NCBI GenBank assembly: GCA_973895155.1
Contig: OZ316891.1
Location: forward strand, 6,295,708-6,359,707
Direction: 5' to 3'
From: Marsupella aquatica
Taxonomy: Eukaryota; Plantae; Marchantiophyta
Length of the DNA: 64,000 nt
Shown one piece after another: positions 37,601 to 51,121 of this stretch. Below the pieces are notes generated by a model. The model did not search any database. It was not told where the DNA came from and was given only the letters and a program-made list of their open reading frames with translations. Made by a program: the position numbers and the translations under genes. Numbering within the stretch: position 1 is the stretch's first letter; every line of letters begins with the position of its first letter.

Positions 37601-38017
37601 GAATCTAGTTTACGGGAAAAAGTAAAAATTGGCCATGACTCAATAGAAAGATTAGAAAATCGAAAAAAATATGCGTCCTTTTAGGTACTTCAATGAAATT
37701 TAATAACAAGAGCACATCCATGCCAATAATTTCGAGACACTGCAAACTATCCGTCGAAAAGGCCATGAGGTGACAGACAACAGACCAGGTGCTGGAGATG
37801 CGGCCATTGCTTGTGCAAAAACCCGAGCACTCCTGCGGAATCGTCCTGACGACAGGGGCTGCACAGCTGAAAGCGTGAAGCCTCTCTTCGGTTGTGCGGT
37901 TCTACAACTGATCTGCTCTCCAACGGAGGTCTGATAGAAGTTTACCACACCAGTTCTCACCATACCGGAGGCTGCTGCTGCCGAGGCCGAAGCCTCCACA
38001 AACACGGCGGACGCCAT
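34621..38017 (-). CDS. RPI: Ribose-5-phosphate isomerase A (RpiA family), probably plastid-targeted, about 331 aa
   Basis: Minus-strand exons 38017-37786, 37425-37274, 37173-37102, 36157-36077, 35872-35843, 35701-35615, 35333-35273, 35128-35053, 34943-34870, 34751-34621 (TAG); 996 nt, in frame. RpiA motifs [59 protein letters not shown]. The Ala/Ser/Arg-rich N-terminal ~75 aa resembles a transit peptide. Confidence 0.95.
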
Positions 38018-38040
38018 CACTTCCAAATCCCTTCTCGAAC

Positions 38041-38672
38041 CTGAATTGTCAAAAATAATCCAAATGAGGGAATACAATGTGCACCAAACACTTCGCTTCC
38101 TGAAGATGACTTGCAATGCTACCAAACACCAGACAAACGACACAATAATAGCTCGCTACCAAATTGTCGAAAAAAATGACAAAACGCACAGACAACCAGT
38201 TCCACGGCATCAGATCTCCTCTGCAGGATCGCGACTATACCGACCTAAATCAGCCACAGATCAGCTCAGTTCAGCTGACACGACAAGCACACAGAAATTC
38301 TCCCCCAACTACGACCACAAGCGCCGTCCAGCATCTCTCTCCCAATTTGTCTTTCCATTTCCGTTTCTCAACAGGCCTTAGTAGATTCCTTCATTCCCTC
38401 TATCTGTCTATCTGAAAATAAGACTTCATACGTAGACTCAATTGCTATGTTTGTTCCTTTAAGGTTGAGATGGTCTTAGCAATTCATGCATTCAGTCTGA
38501 GACACATCACATAACAAAAGCCCTAATGAACGCCAACTGCGAAGCAAGAGAATCCAACAACCGAGATCAGCCACCGAAGAACAGCAAAGAGAAAGACACG
38601 AGAAGAAGAAGTAGAAGAAGACGAGAAGCAGCAGCAGATCTATCGATCCCGTCGTTAAAAATGCCGACGTAC
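38041..38672 (-). other. Probable 5'-UTR intron of the RPI gene
   Basis: Minus-strand donor GAG/GTACGT at 38672 and acceptor ATTCAG/G at 38041, 23 nt before the ATG. A pyrimidine-rich leader-like stretch lies upstream. Confidence 0.6.
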
Positions 38673-38904
38673 CTCAACTGCAATCCTCTTCGACTTCCTC
38701 GCTGCCAACTGGACGTGCTTGCTCCTGCGTCTCCTCCTTCTGCTGGGCGAAGGCGAGGGCGAGGACGAGGAACTGGTGAGCAACGCGACGAGAATCACGA
38801 AGCAAGAGTTCCGCTACAGCACTAGAGCTGCTGAATTGCTGAACTCGCCCGCGCTTGTCGTTCTCGACTCTCCCTAGCTTCGGTCTACTGCATTCTCCAA
38901 TAAA

Positions 38905-39052
38905 AAAGAAAAGCAGAGCAGAGCAGAGAACAGAAGAGAACAGAGCACAACAGAAAGGAAAAACAGAGAAAAGGAGAGCAGAGAAAAGGAGAGCAGAGAA
39001 GAACAGAAATATGGATTCGGGGAATGGAATGGAATTGGAATGGAATGGAATC
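38905..39052 (+). repeat. Simple-sequence tract (AGAGC/AGAAC)n followed by (GGAAT)n
   Basis: Directly visible; on the minus strand it is a CT-rich Y-patch-like tract upstream of RPI. Confidence 0.85.
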
Positions 39053-39303
39053 CACAAAAACAATTGCAGAGGAGCAAGAGAATCGTGGGGTACGTGAGAA
39101 TGATGATCGTTCTCGGGCATGGGCTTCCCAATCACACGGTGCGATCTCCAGACCGCCCGTTTTGGTGGTGCGAGGCTGTGTCGTGTCAAGCGCTCTCTCG
39201 CTGCGGCGAGAGAAACGAACGTTTGAGATTCGCACATTTTGTCGGCAGAACAGAGGACACCGGGAGACAGAGGAGGAGGGGGCAGAGCATTGCATTCTCA
39301 TTA

Positions 39304-39464
39304 GGGGGCTCAAATATAGCACAAATATGGCACAAATATGGCTCATCTTATATTATCAGGGGGTCTCAAACATAGCGCAAATATGGCTCATCTTATATTA
39401 TCAGGGGGTCTCAAATATAGCACAAATATGGCTCATCTTATATTGTCAGGGAGTGTCAAACATA
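39304..39464 (+). repeat. 45-bp tandem repeat, about 3.3 copies
   Basis: AAATATGGCTCATCTTATATTATCAGGGGGTCTCAAA(C/T)ATAGC(A/G)C units. Confidence 0.9.
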
Positions 39465-39971
39465 GAATGGGGCGGTCTCTGGGTTTAGGTTTGGAGGAAC
39501 TGGGCAGTCTCGCGGGATACCGGGTTTATGTTTGGAGGAACAAGGCCAAAATCTGTGCGGCACTCCCTTATTAGAGGGTCTCCACAGATGTACTCTGTTC
39601 CTTTCTGTGTACATTAAATTAAATACAACATTAATACAGCTGTCTGGTACCTCGTTTGAGGAGGGACTGGTAGGTCTTGGGTTCGTCTTGGGTTCAAATA
39701 TTGTGATGGCTTATGTTGTCTCCCTTTCCCTGCGGTATCATGTTTTCACTGATTCCCCACAGAGCATCAGGAGTTACATTTTTTTAATATACTAAGTATA
39801 GCAAGGATGCTATGCCAAAAGACAGTCCAATGGGGCCTTGGGGATGCATTTTTGCTCAACCTTACTGAAGTTGGTCAACATAGTGTTACAATTGACCAAC
39901 CCAGCAATTGTTGGAGATGCTCTTGGCCTAGCCCGCACACTCATGTTTGCAGAATTTAATTTTACCATTAT

Positions 39972-39998
39972 CTAAACCCTAAACCCTAAACCCTAAAC
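39972..39998 (+). repeat. Short interstitial plant telomeric tract (CCCTAAA)n / telo-box cluster
   Basis: CTAAACCCTAAACCCTAAACCCTAAAC, about 1.1 kb upstream of the presumed RPI leader. Confidence 0.8.
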
Positions 39999-41879
39999 TA
40001 GCATATCATTATCAGAACTATTGGCCTAAACACTCATGTTCATGCAAAGGAAGGGCTCCCCTAATTCAGACTCCCTATGCCTCTCCCTACCCGCAAGCAT
40101 TTTTTGCACAAATAGTTCAATTAGTGTTACCTTAACTCTCCGGATAGCATTACGTACAAACAAAATTAGTGCTTTAACGTTACTTAATGCGCACAATTCT
40201 AAAAATCGTAATTCTGGTCATCTACTGGCTTCGTTGGTAGATTTAATAGAGGAGAACAAACCTGAGTTGCACTAGCCAAGAATCATGGTAATGCAATAGA
40301 GCTCACAGTTCTGCCTGGATTGTGCCTGGTGCCATGGCAATGGAAGAAGAATACAATGTGTGGAATCATGTGTTTGGAAAGGGAAGTTGGCTCAAAAGGG
40401 GAAGGATGTTTACTAAAAAATTTAACTTTGCATACTTTATTCATGTTGTAAATTTAATTCATGTTTTAGTTCTGGTTTTATTTTAAAAGTTTATAATGAA
40501 ATTTTGAATATGTAGTTTGACTTATGAGAGAATGACCTACAGGGAAAAGAACCAGAGGACTAAGATAAGAATTATGATGTTAGGCAAAGAAATAGCCAAG
40601 GAAAGAAAAATAACTTGGGTGACAAAGGTTATGCTTGGATGAACTACCTCGTTTGACATATAAGACTCCAAATAGACCAAGCACTTGCCCCCAAAAAATG
40701 CAAACATTCATGAAAGGCGGGATAAAAGGAAAGGTCCATCTGAGTAAAATTTCATTTTAAGACTGTTTATGGGGTTATAAATATTCAATCTGAGCATCTT
40801 GCCAAAATCTATAAATAGGACTTTCGGTTTCATGAAAAGGAAAGGTGTCATGTGACCCTTTCAAGACTGTCCATAAGATTTTAAATATTCATGATCATCT
40901 TGTCAAACATTCTGATCTGTATATAGGAGCTCTGGGTCATAAAAAGGAAGGGTGTCATGGAGTAAATAGCACTTCCAGACTGTCCATGCTATCTTCACTA
41001 TTCAATCTGAGCATCTTGTCAAACATTGTCATTTATATATAGGGGCTTTGGTCTTTGGTTTCACAAGATGGGGATATGAAACTTTTCCATTTGCAAATCT
41101 AACTGGGTTTGACATTGATTGTACCTACACTAGTGCCTTTTGCATTTATTTTCTATGTGTCCCTATGTTTCACCTTTATCTCTAGAGTGGATCTCAACCA
41201 TCCAAGTCTGATGACACCTCCAAAGATAGTGACCACACCAATTTAATTGTATGTCTCGGAGCTATTCTAATAATTGTGCGGGTGTTTGGCTTGAATGTGT
41301 CATTGATCTTGGGGGTCTCACTATATGGAGGCCTCCCCATCACCTACTATGTTTTTAGTTTTCACACCACCCCTAAAATGTAGGAAAAAATTATTATTTT
41401 TTGGCCCCTATAAAGTATGAATATTCTTGGAATATTTCAAAATTTTGATTAAAAGACCCAAATGTTGTTTTCCTACATTCTTAAGTATTCGTTGAGAACG
41501 GAATGACACTATCTTTACGGACCCCCATGAGAGGTCTCTTGTAAATTCCCTGCAACGAGGTTGCACCACATCACCACAACCAGCCACAAACAGGAATGAT
41601 CCTACTTTTAACAATAACAAACGTGCACATTCCTGTTTGTGGCAAAACCAATGTAATTTTTGGGGCGCCATGCCGTAAATATTGAACGTAAAAAAACCAA
41701 AATACAAAGGGAGATATGTCATTTAGTAAAATAAAGTTATCATTTTGATGTTTGTCAAAGATATATCAATGTTTTATATCAAAATGCTTGTATTTTTTAA
41801 TTGTTTGCAAGCTTGAAAAAGTAACCAACCAATAGAAATGTACATAGTTAAAACTCATTTGGCTTCACATTGTAAAACT

Positions 41880-42370
41880 AAATAATCAATCTCCTTAGTA
41901 CTTGATAAAATCTGTTAATGTTTGATTCATTGAAAAACTCAAGATCAAGATTTAGAATCTCGTGACCTCTTTAGTATTGTCTTGATAAAATCTCTCAATA
42001 CACTCATTGGAAAGTTAAAGTAAAATTAAAAACTCATCATCTCCTTAGTACTTGACAAAATCTATCAATGTTAGGTTCATTGGAAAGCTAGAGAAATTAA
42101 GATACTCATGATCTCTCTAATTCTTGACAAATAATCTCAATGTTGACCACACATTAGAAAGCTAGAGAGATTGAAAACCTCATGATCTCTTTAGTATCGT
42201 GACAAAATCTGACATAAAATTTGTCAATGTCAGACTCAATGTTGGAAAGCTAAAAGAATTCATGGACTCATGATCAATATTTCTTTTACTCACATTCATT
42301 GGAAAGACAAAGAAATTCAAAAACTCATTTGGAACTTGACAAAATTTGTCAATCTGAGGCTCATTGGAAA
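41880..42370 (+). repeat. Degenerate ~70-80-bp tandem array, about 6-7 copies
   Basis: Recurring ATCTC(C/T)TTAGTA(C)TTGA(C/T)AAAATCT.TCAATG...CATTGGAAAGCTA. Confidence 0.75.
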
Positions 42371-43557
42371 CCCTTTCTCTATTAAGAGATATCACAATCT
42401 CATCACCATCACAAACTTAGCCGTTGAAAATTGATTTCTTTGATTATGTCGCCATCCCTTGTCCACAATGCTTGCTTCCCGGCTTGAATTGTTCGCATTC
42501 CTCTAGTCTTCAATTGAAGCTAGCTCACTTTGAACACAGGTTGACGCCAAATGCAACTTCTATGTCAAAGAAACAATCGTTGGTCTCCCTCTCACACCAT
42601 AGCTTTCTTAAATAAAAAAAACTACAAATCCTTCATGTGAAGCGATGACTCATTTGTTTTGTGTGTTCTTCCCACCGAATTGACAAGCGTTCTTTTGCCA
42701 ATAGCTAAGTGTTGTTCTCCAGTCTGTCTTGTGGCGGTAATGCTCAATGTAACTCACAAACGATCAATCATGAATGATAAAAACACGATTTCTCCAATGT
42801 GTAAGCAAAAACCGTCAAAAACTGTCAAAAAACTCAGTTCCTCCATATTCAACCTTCCATTGATAAATCTCCACTATATTTTGGGCGTTTTTTTTTGTAC
42901 GAGCACACACCAAGACCATCGGGAGACTCAAAACCGTCGATTACCGTCTTGTTGAAAATTGATTTCATTTCATCAAACACATATTCCTTCGATGAACATG
43001 GGGTCCACGGATTAATTCATGGGGACCACTTTCTGAAAAAAGTTTGCTTAATCTCAGATCTGGACCGTTGATACTCAAGGGGTGGATCAAGTAACAACTT
43101 TCATTTTGGGGGTTGATCAAGAAAATACCTCTTGATCCAAGTGTACTTTTATTGCAATTGATTTTTGAGTGACTCTTATAATCTTAGTCAAACTTCTTGC
43201 ACACTCGAAGAGAGTTAATTCCAATCACACGGTCATGTGCTTTTCGTGTACCTACCTTCTGAGCCACGAAATTCGTCGAGTGCTTCTTGAATCAGTTAAA
43301 TAAAAGTTTGAGGGTAGCTCGGCAACGAAAGGTAAACGAACTGGAAGTTTGTAAAGCTGGGGAGAAGTATTACAATGTGCAGGTCTTCAGATGTCGAGAT
43401 GAACATAAGACATTGTTGCAGCTGAGGGAAGCAGGCACGTAAGGTAACTCGTTGTCTGTCTTCCAGTAGCGTGCTCAATTTTTGTATCCTATTAATTGGC
43501 CGGAATTCGAACAGGAAAGTAAAGGCGGTTTGCATAGAATGCACACATCATTCAAAG

Positions 43558-44490
43558 ATGTATCGAGCAATTGTTCACTAATGGTCACAATGCTGAAGAT
43601 CCAGATTCAACCCTGCATGTGGTCTTGAAGCCCATTCCACAACTGGCTCCTGGGCATATCCTCGTCCATAGCGCGATCCAACCACTGTATCCATCAGACC
43701 TGCTTACTATTCGAATTGAACATCTGAAATTGCCGCAGAGTATGACTGGGGATCTGGAGATTGCTGGTATCTATTGAAGCTTTTTGCATTGTCGAAGCAG
43801 TAAGTAAGCAGTGGCTTCTTTGTTTTGACACTTTCACGCAAAACCAACTTTCACACTATTCTTCGCTCATGGGTGACATGTAAAAGTTCACATATGTGGG
43901 ATAAGTAATTCAGATTCCTTGAAAAAAACTATTAAGATCTCATTTTATTGCAGTTTGCTGACGGCAAGTTGTAACCATTAGGCGTGACATCTCGCTTCTT
44001 GTTGTTGCGGTCAACAGGTTGTATAGTTTACTAGTAGACACGGAAAATTCTCAAAGCTATTCCTGATCTGGTGGCTTCAATTTGATCACGTTGTTTGAAA
44101 TTTGGAAGGTTACACCCGATCTACAACTTTTCAATTTATGTCTTTGACACTTTCACGCAAAACCAACTTTCACACTATGCTTCGCTCATGGGTGACATGT
44201 AAAAGTTCACAAATGTGGGATAGGTAATTCAGATTCCTTGAAAAAAACTATTAAGATTTCATTTTATTGCAGTTTGCTGACGGTAAGTTGTAACCATTAG
44301 GCGTGACATCTCGCTTCTTGCTATTGCGGTCAACAGGTTGTATAGTTTACCAGTGGACACGGAAAGTTCTCAAAGCTATTCCTGATCTGGTGGCTTCAAT
44401 TTGATCACGTTGTTTGAAATTTGGAAGGTTACACCCGATCTACAACTTTTCAATTTATGTCATTTGTTGCACCTGGAAAAATATGTGGAA
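43558..44490 (+). pseudogene. Decayed medium-chain dehydrogenase/reductase (trans-2-enoyl-CoA reductase / quinone oxidoreductase-like) gene fragment
   Basis: ATG at 43558 gives MYRAIVH; after a frameshift, NGHNAEDPDSTLHVVLKPIPQLAPGHILVHSAIQPLYPSDLLTIR...GDLEIAGI..IVEA, then a GTAAGT donor at 43800. Later remnants GVTSRF..GQQVV (43981-44023) and TW.KYV (about 44471-44487) parallel the MDR N-terminal GroES-fold consensus (P.PG.VLV.....PINPSD, G.EG.G.VEAVG.GVT.F..GQRV, GTWQEY). Stops and frameshifts are present. Confidence 0.6.
43824..44461 (+). repeat. Recent 319-bp tandem duplication
   Basis: 43824-44142 and 44143-44461 are near-identical, differing by a handful of substitutions. Confidence 0.95.
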
Positions 44491-47400
44491 CACCATGACT
44501 TGGCCGTTAATCAATCAGGCTGAGCTAAATCTTTCCTCTGCTGCATGAGAATAGGTATAGCAAAGCACAAACCTTCAGTTGGAGGTGCTCCGTGCCCACG
44601 TCAAAGGGGTTTTGCAAGCGTTTTCATTCACTGCAGCATGCAATGAATCCAGGACAAATTGATGGTGCGTGCGTGCCCATTCTGAATTATGGAAACCCTA
44701 CTTGTGTGAAACGGTTACATAGCAGTATAAATTCTCTACAGATGCGAAGATTGTTAGCGTTACAATCAATGGACACCTGCTTTCTAGATAAAGATTTGGG
44801 TCTATCTCTGGCAGGGAGACAAAGTTTGGTTTTTAGATGTGTGAAGCTTGCTACGCAACACAATAATTAATTACTCCGTAGCTGTATTCTGATGTAGAGG
44901 GACAGCTCTAAGGCGGAGAGATGATGTCCTAAACACCAGAAGTTGAAAGGGAATTAAATTCGACACCCCTTATTGTGATGGAAGAGCCTCTCGGAAACAG
45001 CTCCATCTTTCAATCCTCATCAAATAAATCAAACATGAAGGAATCAATTGGAACCTCCGATCTCTGTGGAGTCCTTGCGTTTGCCACCAACAGTTGAACG
45101 ACACTGCTGATGAACATCTCTGAAGAGAGCAAGCTCGGCCCAACCTCATACGCATCCTCATTGTGAGGCCATACAGTCTAGGTCACAGCAATGCTGACGT
45201 TCGTGAACCCCAACCTTGCTATAGCCGTGTACAACCATGGACAAGAAGCCGGCAGGCCACAAAAGAACCGAATGTCGCCCGATTCGCGATGACTGGTCCT
45301 GTTCCTGAACGGACTTGCATTTTGTCCGTTACCTTTCGTAATCAAGCCAGATCCATCACCGTTCCAATTCAAAAATTAAATCAACTCCCAATGCGTTGCT
45401 AAGTTTGTAAGTAGGTCTCTTGCCAGATAGTGACAAAGGCTACCCAAGTGTACCAGGTGGCTTCCTATCTACAGCAGTAGCCTACAGTACAAAAGGTTAG
45501 ATTGGACAAGACTAAAAAATGGACAGTGACCCCTGAACGATAAGTATTAGATGTGTTGCGCATAGGCTCACATTTCTGCCTTCACTCAAAACATTTGTAC
45601 ATCCATATTTGAAACTTAATACTTCAAAGAGAGACCCCCACCGCCACAGCTCTCCCAACTTCAAATTTGCCGACTGAAATCTAGTCTCCCGTACTCGCCA
45701 TCTAACTAACGGTAAATAGCGCCAAAGTAGTTAGCTCATTGCTCCCATGACAGGTCTTCTTTTTGTCTTAACAGTCAACTTCATTAAACACAAAGGAGGA
45801 AGGTACACAGAGGCAAGAAAGATCTCGGTCAAGAAATGCGCAATAAATTGGGGCAATGTCGAGCTCGATTTGCAGGTCACCGAGGTCACTCTGAAGATCT
45901 CTTGCCCAACAATATGAATACCCACATCCAACCTTACAGAACAGAGGCCAAGAAGCTCTTTCTTGCCATGAGCTCCTCTAGTCTAGCACAAGGACCATCG
46001 TCGGCAAAGCGTTGTACAACAGCAGAACTGAATTAGTCAATTAGCCGGCAAACCGTGATTGCATCGATCTCATCAACATCAACGTCCTTTGAGCGGTTTT
46101 CTGTTGCCTGTTGCACCATCATTCTGCAGATGCACCTGTCGCCAGTACTGCTAGGATGTTCTTCGGATTCCTCTCCCAATTGATGTCTCTCTTTGGTCTT
46201 TCCTCTCGCCCCCTCCAAGGCCTTCACATCACACTTCACACTCATCTCCCTGAAGCAGTCAGAAACATACAGTAGTAGCACATGTTTTTATGTGAAAAAA
46301 AAACCCAGAATGCCAGATTGCCAGGCCGTCACATGGCAGAGTTACAATTGGACCTCTGCAAATCTGCATGAGAAGGTACTTCGTACTCAATGTGCAGGGA
46401 GACGGTACTTCCAACGACATTTGAACCTGACCACCAAATTTAATGGATCGACGAGAGGAGCAGGCACGAGATGACAAGACCCAGTGTACATTCAAAGAGT
46501 CCTTTGCTCAGACATCAGAAGAGAAGATGATGTACAGCATGACTATGAGAGACACGGCACAGAGAAAAATACGAACTCCACCAGCAACTATACAGTAGTT
46601 TGAATCTGGCACAATAGGGGTCTCAGACCTGGGATAGAAAAATTTATCGACTACCAAATTTATTTATCAATCACTATAATATGTAACTGAGTCCAAACTC
46701 TTTCATAGTGTTTACAAAAAGTGAAATGCAAAGGATCAAATCTAGCCGTTTGCTGTGCACCACCTGTTTTTCATTACACATAGTATAGTATGTTTCCTTT
46801 GTATATGTGCTCATTGTTCCGGCACGTCCTATATTATTTGGTTGGTTGGAATCCTTTAGTCTAACATTGTGATCCATTTTGAAAACCATTTGTCATGGAA
46901 ATTGTAAAAGGGTTAATTTGTAAAAAAATTGAAATGCCAGGATGGACCAAGCCAGGATGGACTCTCACTTGCTAACAATGCCAGTCTTCCCACTTCCAAC
47001 AATGCTTTACCATGCAAATTCTGCTTCAATTTCTCTTCGAAACAGCATGGAAAAAACGAGAATTAACTGAGGTCCATGTGGGCAGTGCAAGTCTATCCAG
47101 GCATTTTTGCAAACCTGGAGGGCCACCTGGGATTCTTTATTCATAAAAATCTGAGATTAGTATGAATTCCAATTACAATAACTCGGTAGAATTCAATCAC
47201 ACACACACTTGAAATCCACATATGATAAGACAATAGCAATGTGGGCCATAGATTGCAAGGAGATTCTCACATGAGCTTCCAAACTTTCAGTGGCCCTTCC
47301 TTTATTGGACATAGCGTGTTTCCTGCAAAGAAATGTTCATCTTTGTGGGTGTTAAATAAAACTTGGTCCATAGGAGGTCTTAGCTTATAACATTGTTCAT

Positions 47401-49099
47401 CAACCTTCAATTTCGTGAAGATGGATATTGAAGAACTGTAAACTTCATGTCATAAAAATGATTTACTCTGCGCAAATTTACTGTTACAAGGAGACAGGAA
47501 AAGGCAAAGGTAAGACACATGTGGCCAAGCCATTTTAGCTATGTGTACTGAATCTCAAAGTTAATACTTTGAGCATGGATAGATTTGTGTGTTGCAGACC
47601 AAATATCTCCACACTGCGTTCACTTGAGTCATGTGTTCACATCCCATCTAGTCTACACAGCTGCATCTGATCTCCTGCCCATAGGTTGTATGTAGGTGAA
47701 TGCAAATTGAGGCCAAGCTTTATTTTGTGATAGACAGAATAATTGTGCATGATTGCTAGTTACAAAAATAATGACATCATTTGGGTACACTAACTGATTA
47801 TGGAAAGCATTTTAAAACAAGTAAAGAGCATTAGCAGGCACAAAGATGTAAAGGGCCCGTCTGCATGTGCCTTTTCGGTGGCTTTACGTAACAAAAGGGG
47901 CAGCAATTCAGTTTTCTTGAGGTGATCCAAGCAATTTAAACAGTTGAATAGAGACGGCTGTCACACTTCACTTTACATAACAAGAGGAGCCAATTCGTGC
48001 TTTAACTTCCCCATTTTATGGAACCCATTTTGTGCTGATGTGGAGAGTAGTTAAATTCGGACCCCTGTGGAGGTGGTATAAAAGAAATTTCCTGAAGGCT
48101 AGGCTTTAGGGAGAGTGTTAGGCAACCGTGACACTTTGTGACACACAGTTTGGAAGGTTCTAACTATTGATTCTCCAGGTTTGGAAAATAGATTAGAGGG
48201 GCTCCTCTGGCTTTGATAAAAGAGAGGCAAATTGCCCCTCTGGTTGTGTAAAGCCACCCTTAGAGGGTAATCAATGGGCTGGAGAGGGTATGTGGCTTAC
48301 ATCCATAACCGGCCCCCCAAACGGCCCCTGGGGTTCTGAGGATGGATCCTCCTTGTGAGTCTTCAATTCAAAGAATTATGCTTAGGAAGGGTCGCAGCCT
48401 TGCTTAGTGCTATTAACAAATCTATACTCGAATTCGTGATGGAACTCTACCATTGATGACCTACAAAGCCAGAGGCAGTAATTTCTCTGGTAACAAACAA
48501 TCTTGATAAGTAGACTATGCTTGTGAGTAAGGATGTGTATGGCAAGTCTGGGTACAAGGACCCTGTCCTTCCTGTGCATAAGCACCTACTATATATATCA
48601 GACTGCCGAAGAACAAAAGCACTGAAATCCCAAAAGGCATGGGACCCAAGAAAAAAGAGAAACCCAAGGAAAGACCAAGGATGGCCAAAGAGCCAAAATG
48701 TCTGAGATCCTATTAGGACGTGTAAATTCCAATCAAGAAATCTTGGGGCGCCTTCAATAAGTATTTAAACTACCAAGCAGGATCATCCACTCATTATATG
48801 GTCCACTTTAATCTCAATGATATAACTAAAGAAAGAAACAATGGGCCCCTACTTCTAGTTAAGCCTTCCAAGATGGTGGGGGCAGTTCAGTGTATATCCA
48901 CCCAAAGCAAAGGCTAGGTGCACACACTAAAGTTAAAATGCCTGAGCCAAAATAATGGGTCAGGTACTGAGATAACACGCAAAGAGAAATAATAGAAATG
49001 GCAGTTTGGTCCATGCTTTTCGCCCATCTCAAGAGGAGGTGCAAGGTTTTGACAAAACACATGCACGCATCAGGAAAAATAGGGACCCACAAGTGGCAC

Positions 49100-50720
49100 A
49101 CCAACAGATGACTACGTTGGATAATGATTTCTGCCTGATTGTGCCCCCAAGTTCATGTAAAAGTGAATGTGTAAACCACTTTTACACATTGTTAGATGCA
49201 TAGGCCAGTAAGCAGACAAGGAGCAAACTGACATATGACTGGGATCCAAGCTGGGATGGGTAATGGTTTTTGCCTGATTGTGCCCCCAAGTTGATGTGCC
49301 CCTAAGTTGATTATGCATCTCACCTGTAAAAAAAAAAGTGGTGTGGGGTTCTTGGAAAACCCCTTAGTAAAATAAAAGATAATTGAAGCCCCCTTTTCTT
49401 CTAGGGCACTCATGGCCCTTTGAAAATGGGTTTGAAAATGCAATACTAGGTGCGCATGTTGCCCCAATAAGCACACAAGGAGCCAATGGCAGATGGTTGA
49501 TCGGTAATGGTTTTGTCTCATTGTGCCCCCAAGTTCACATAAAGTAAAGTGTAGCCTGTTCCCAAAATTTATCTCACACATAGGAAAAAGAACTGCTGCT
49601 GCCAAGTTCTTGTAAAGCCCCCCTTTCGTATGTAAAGATGGTCGAGGCCCCCTTTTTCTTCAGAGGGCATTCATCACCTTTTAAAAATGCATCACTACAG
49701 TAGGTGTGCATGTTGCCCCTATAAGTAGACAAGGAGCCAACTGGCAGATGACTAGGATTGGTCATGGCTTTTGCCTGATTATGCCCCCAAGGTCATGTAA
49801 AATGAAATGTTGCCTGTTCCCACATTTGAATGGCTACAGTAGGTTTGTGTCTCACACTTAGAAAAAAGAACCCCAAGTTCACGTAAAGCGAAGCGTGGCC
49901 TATTCACATGTTGGAATGGCTAGGACTGTATCTCACAACTTAAATAACGGCTGCTGCAAAGTTCTGGTAAAATCACCCTTTCGTAAAATAAAGACTACTG
50001 AGGTCCCTTTTCTTTGAGGGCACTCGTCACACTTTGAAATTGCATTACCGGGCAGCCATTTTTTGTGGGTGGAAATTAACCAATCACACAGGTAGGTTAA
50101 TGACACCCAGGCTGAAATTTTAAAAAATTATGTTTCATTCATCACCACCTAATGCACTATGGGGGCGCTCAGGAAAGACTCTACAATAGTTAGAAAGTGC
50201 TCTACAATTGAAAGAAAAACTCCATAATCAGACTTGTACTTGTCTATAGGGTAAAACAGTAGCCACCTTAGCTAATTTTAAAATAAAAATAAAAATGGTT
50301 GTTAGTGGGTTCACATGTTAAGCAGATGAGGAGCCAACTGGCAGATGACTAGGACCAGTAATAGTTTTTGTCTCATTGTGCCTGTTGGGTATATTTTTTA
50401 TCCCCAGACACCATGCACATATAAATACCATACAAAGTAATTGAGAGAGCGAGTACGTGGTTCATTTCTTGACTGAGACTATGTCCACAGGAAAACAAGA
50501 GACCTTTACTTGTCTCTTACTTCATTCCAACAATAAATTGAAGATCCACCAGGGGCGAGTGTCAACCCTGGTTATATACAACATGCATCACTATTAACCT
50601 TAATTAAGTTTTAACCTGAGTTAGCTTAATTGTGGTTAACCCTAGAGTCACAAGATTAAGAACAATACTCAATAATGCCCCCAAGTTAATGTAAAATGAG
50701 ATGTGACCTCTTCTCACATT
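49100..50720 (+). repeat. Degenerate ~240-bp repeat array (TE-derived)
   Basis: Repeated blocks CAAGGAGCCAACTGGCAGATGACTAGG, TTTTGCCTGATTGTGCCCCCAAGTTCATGTAAA and GTAAAATAAAGA...GAGGCCCCCTTTT. Confidence 0.75.
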
Positions 50721-51121
50721 TGAATGGTTAAAATTGTATAAAGGAAAGCCTGTAGTACACGGACTCATCAAGGACAAAATTGATAATAACTATGAATAAT
50801 GACGAAACTTAGTATGAGGATGGAGAAAAATATGGGTGGGAAGCAAAGATAAACAAAAATGACATTGACTCTAAATAAAAACAAAACTGAAACGAGAGTG
50901 GAAAAAAACAAGGATGGGTCAAAGTGACATTGACTCTAAATTATAAAAACACTGAAATGAGAGTCGAATAGACAGGAATGGGGCAAAGATAAGAGTCAAA
51001 TAGACAGGGATGGGGCAAAGATAACAGTCAAACAGACAGGGATGGGACAAAGATGAGGAGAAAATAGTATAGAATTCAAATTTTTTTCAATACTTTTTCA
51101 TGTCTTCATATCTATCACACG

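Noticed and set aside
38674-39574. ORFs of 80-187 aa (LLFSALLF..., AQIWLILYYQGVSNI repeats)
   Set aside because: Translations of simple-sequence and 45-bp tandem repeats.
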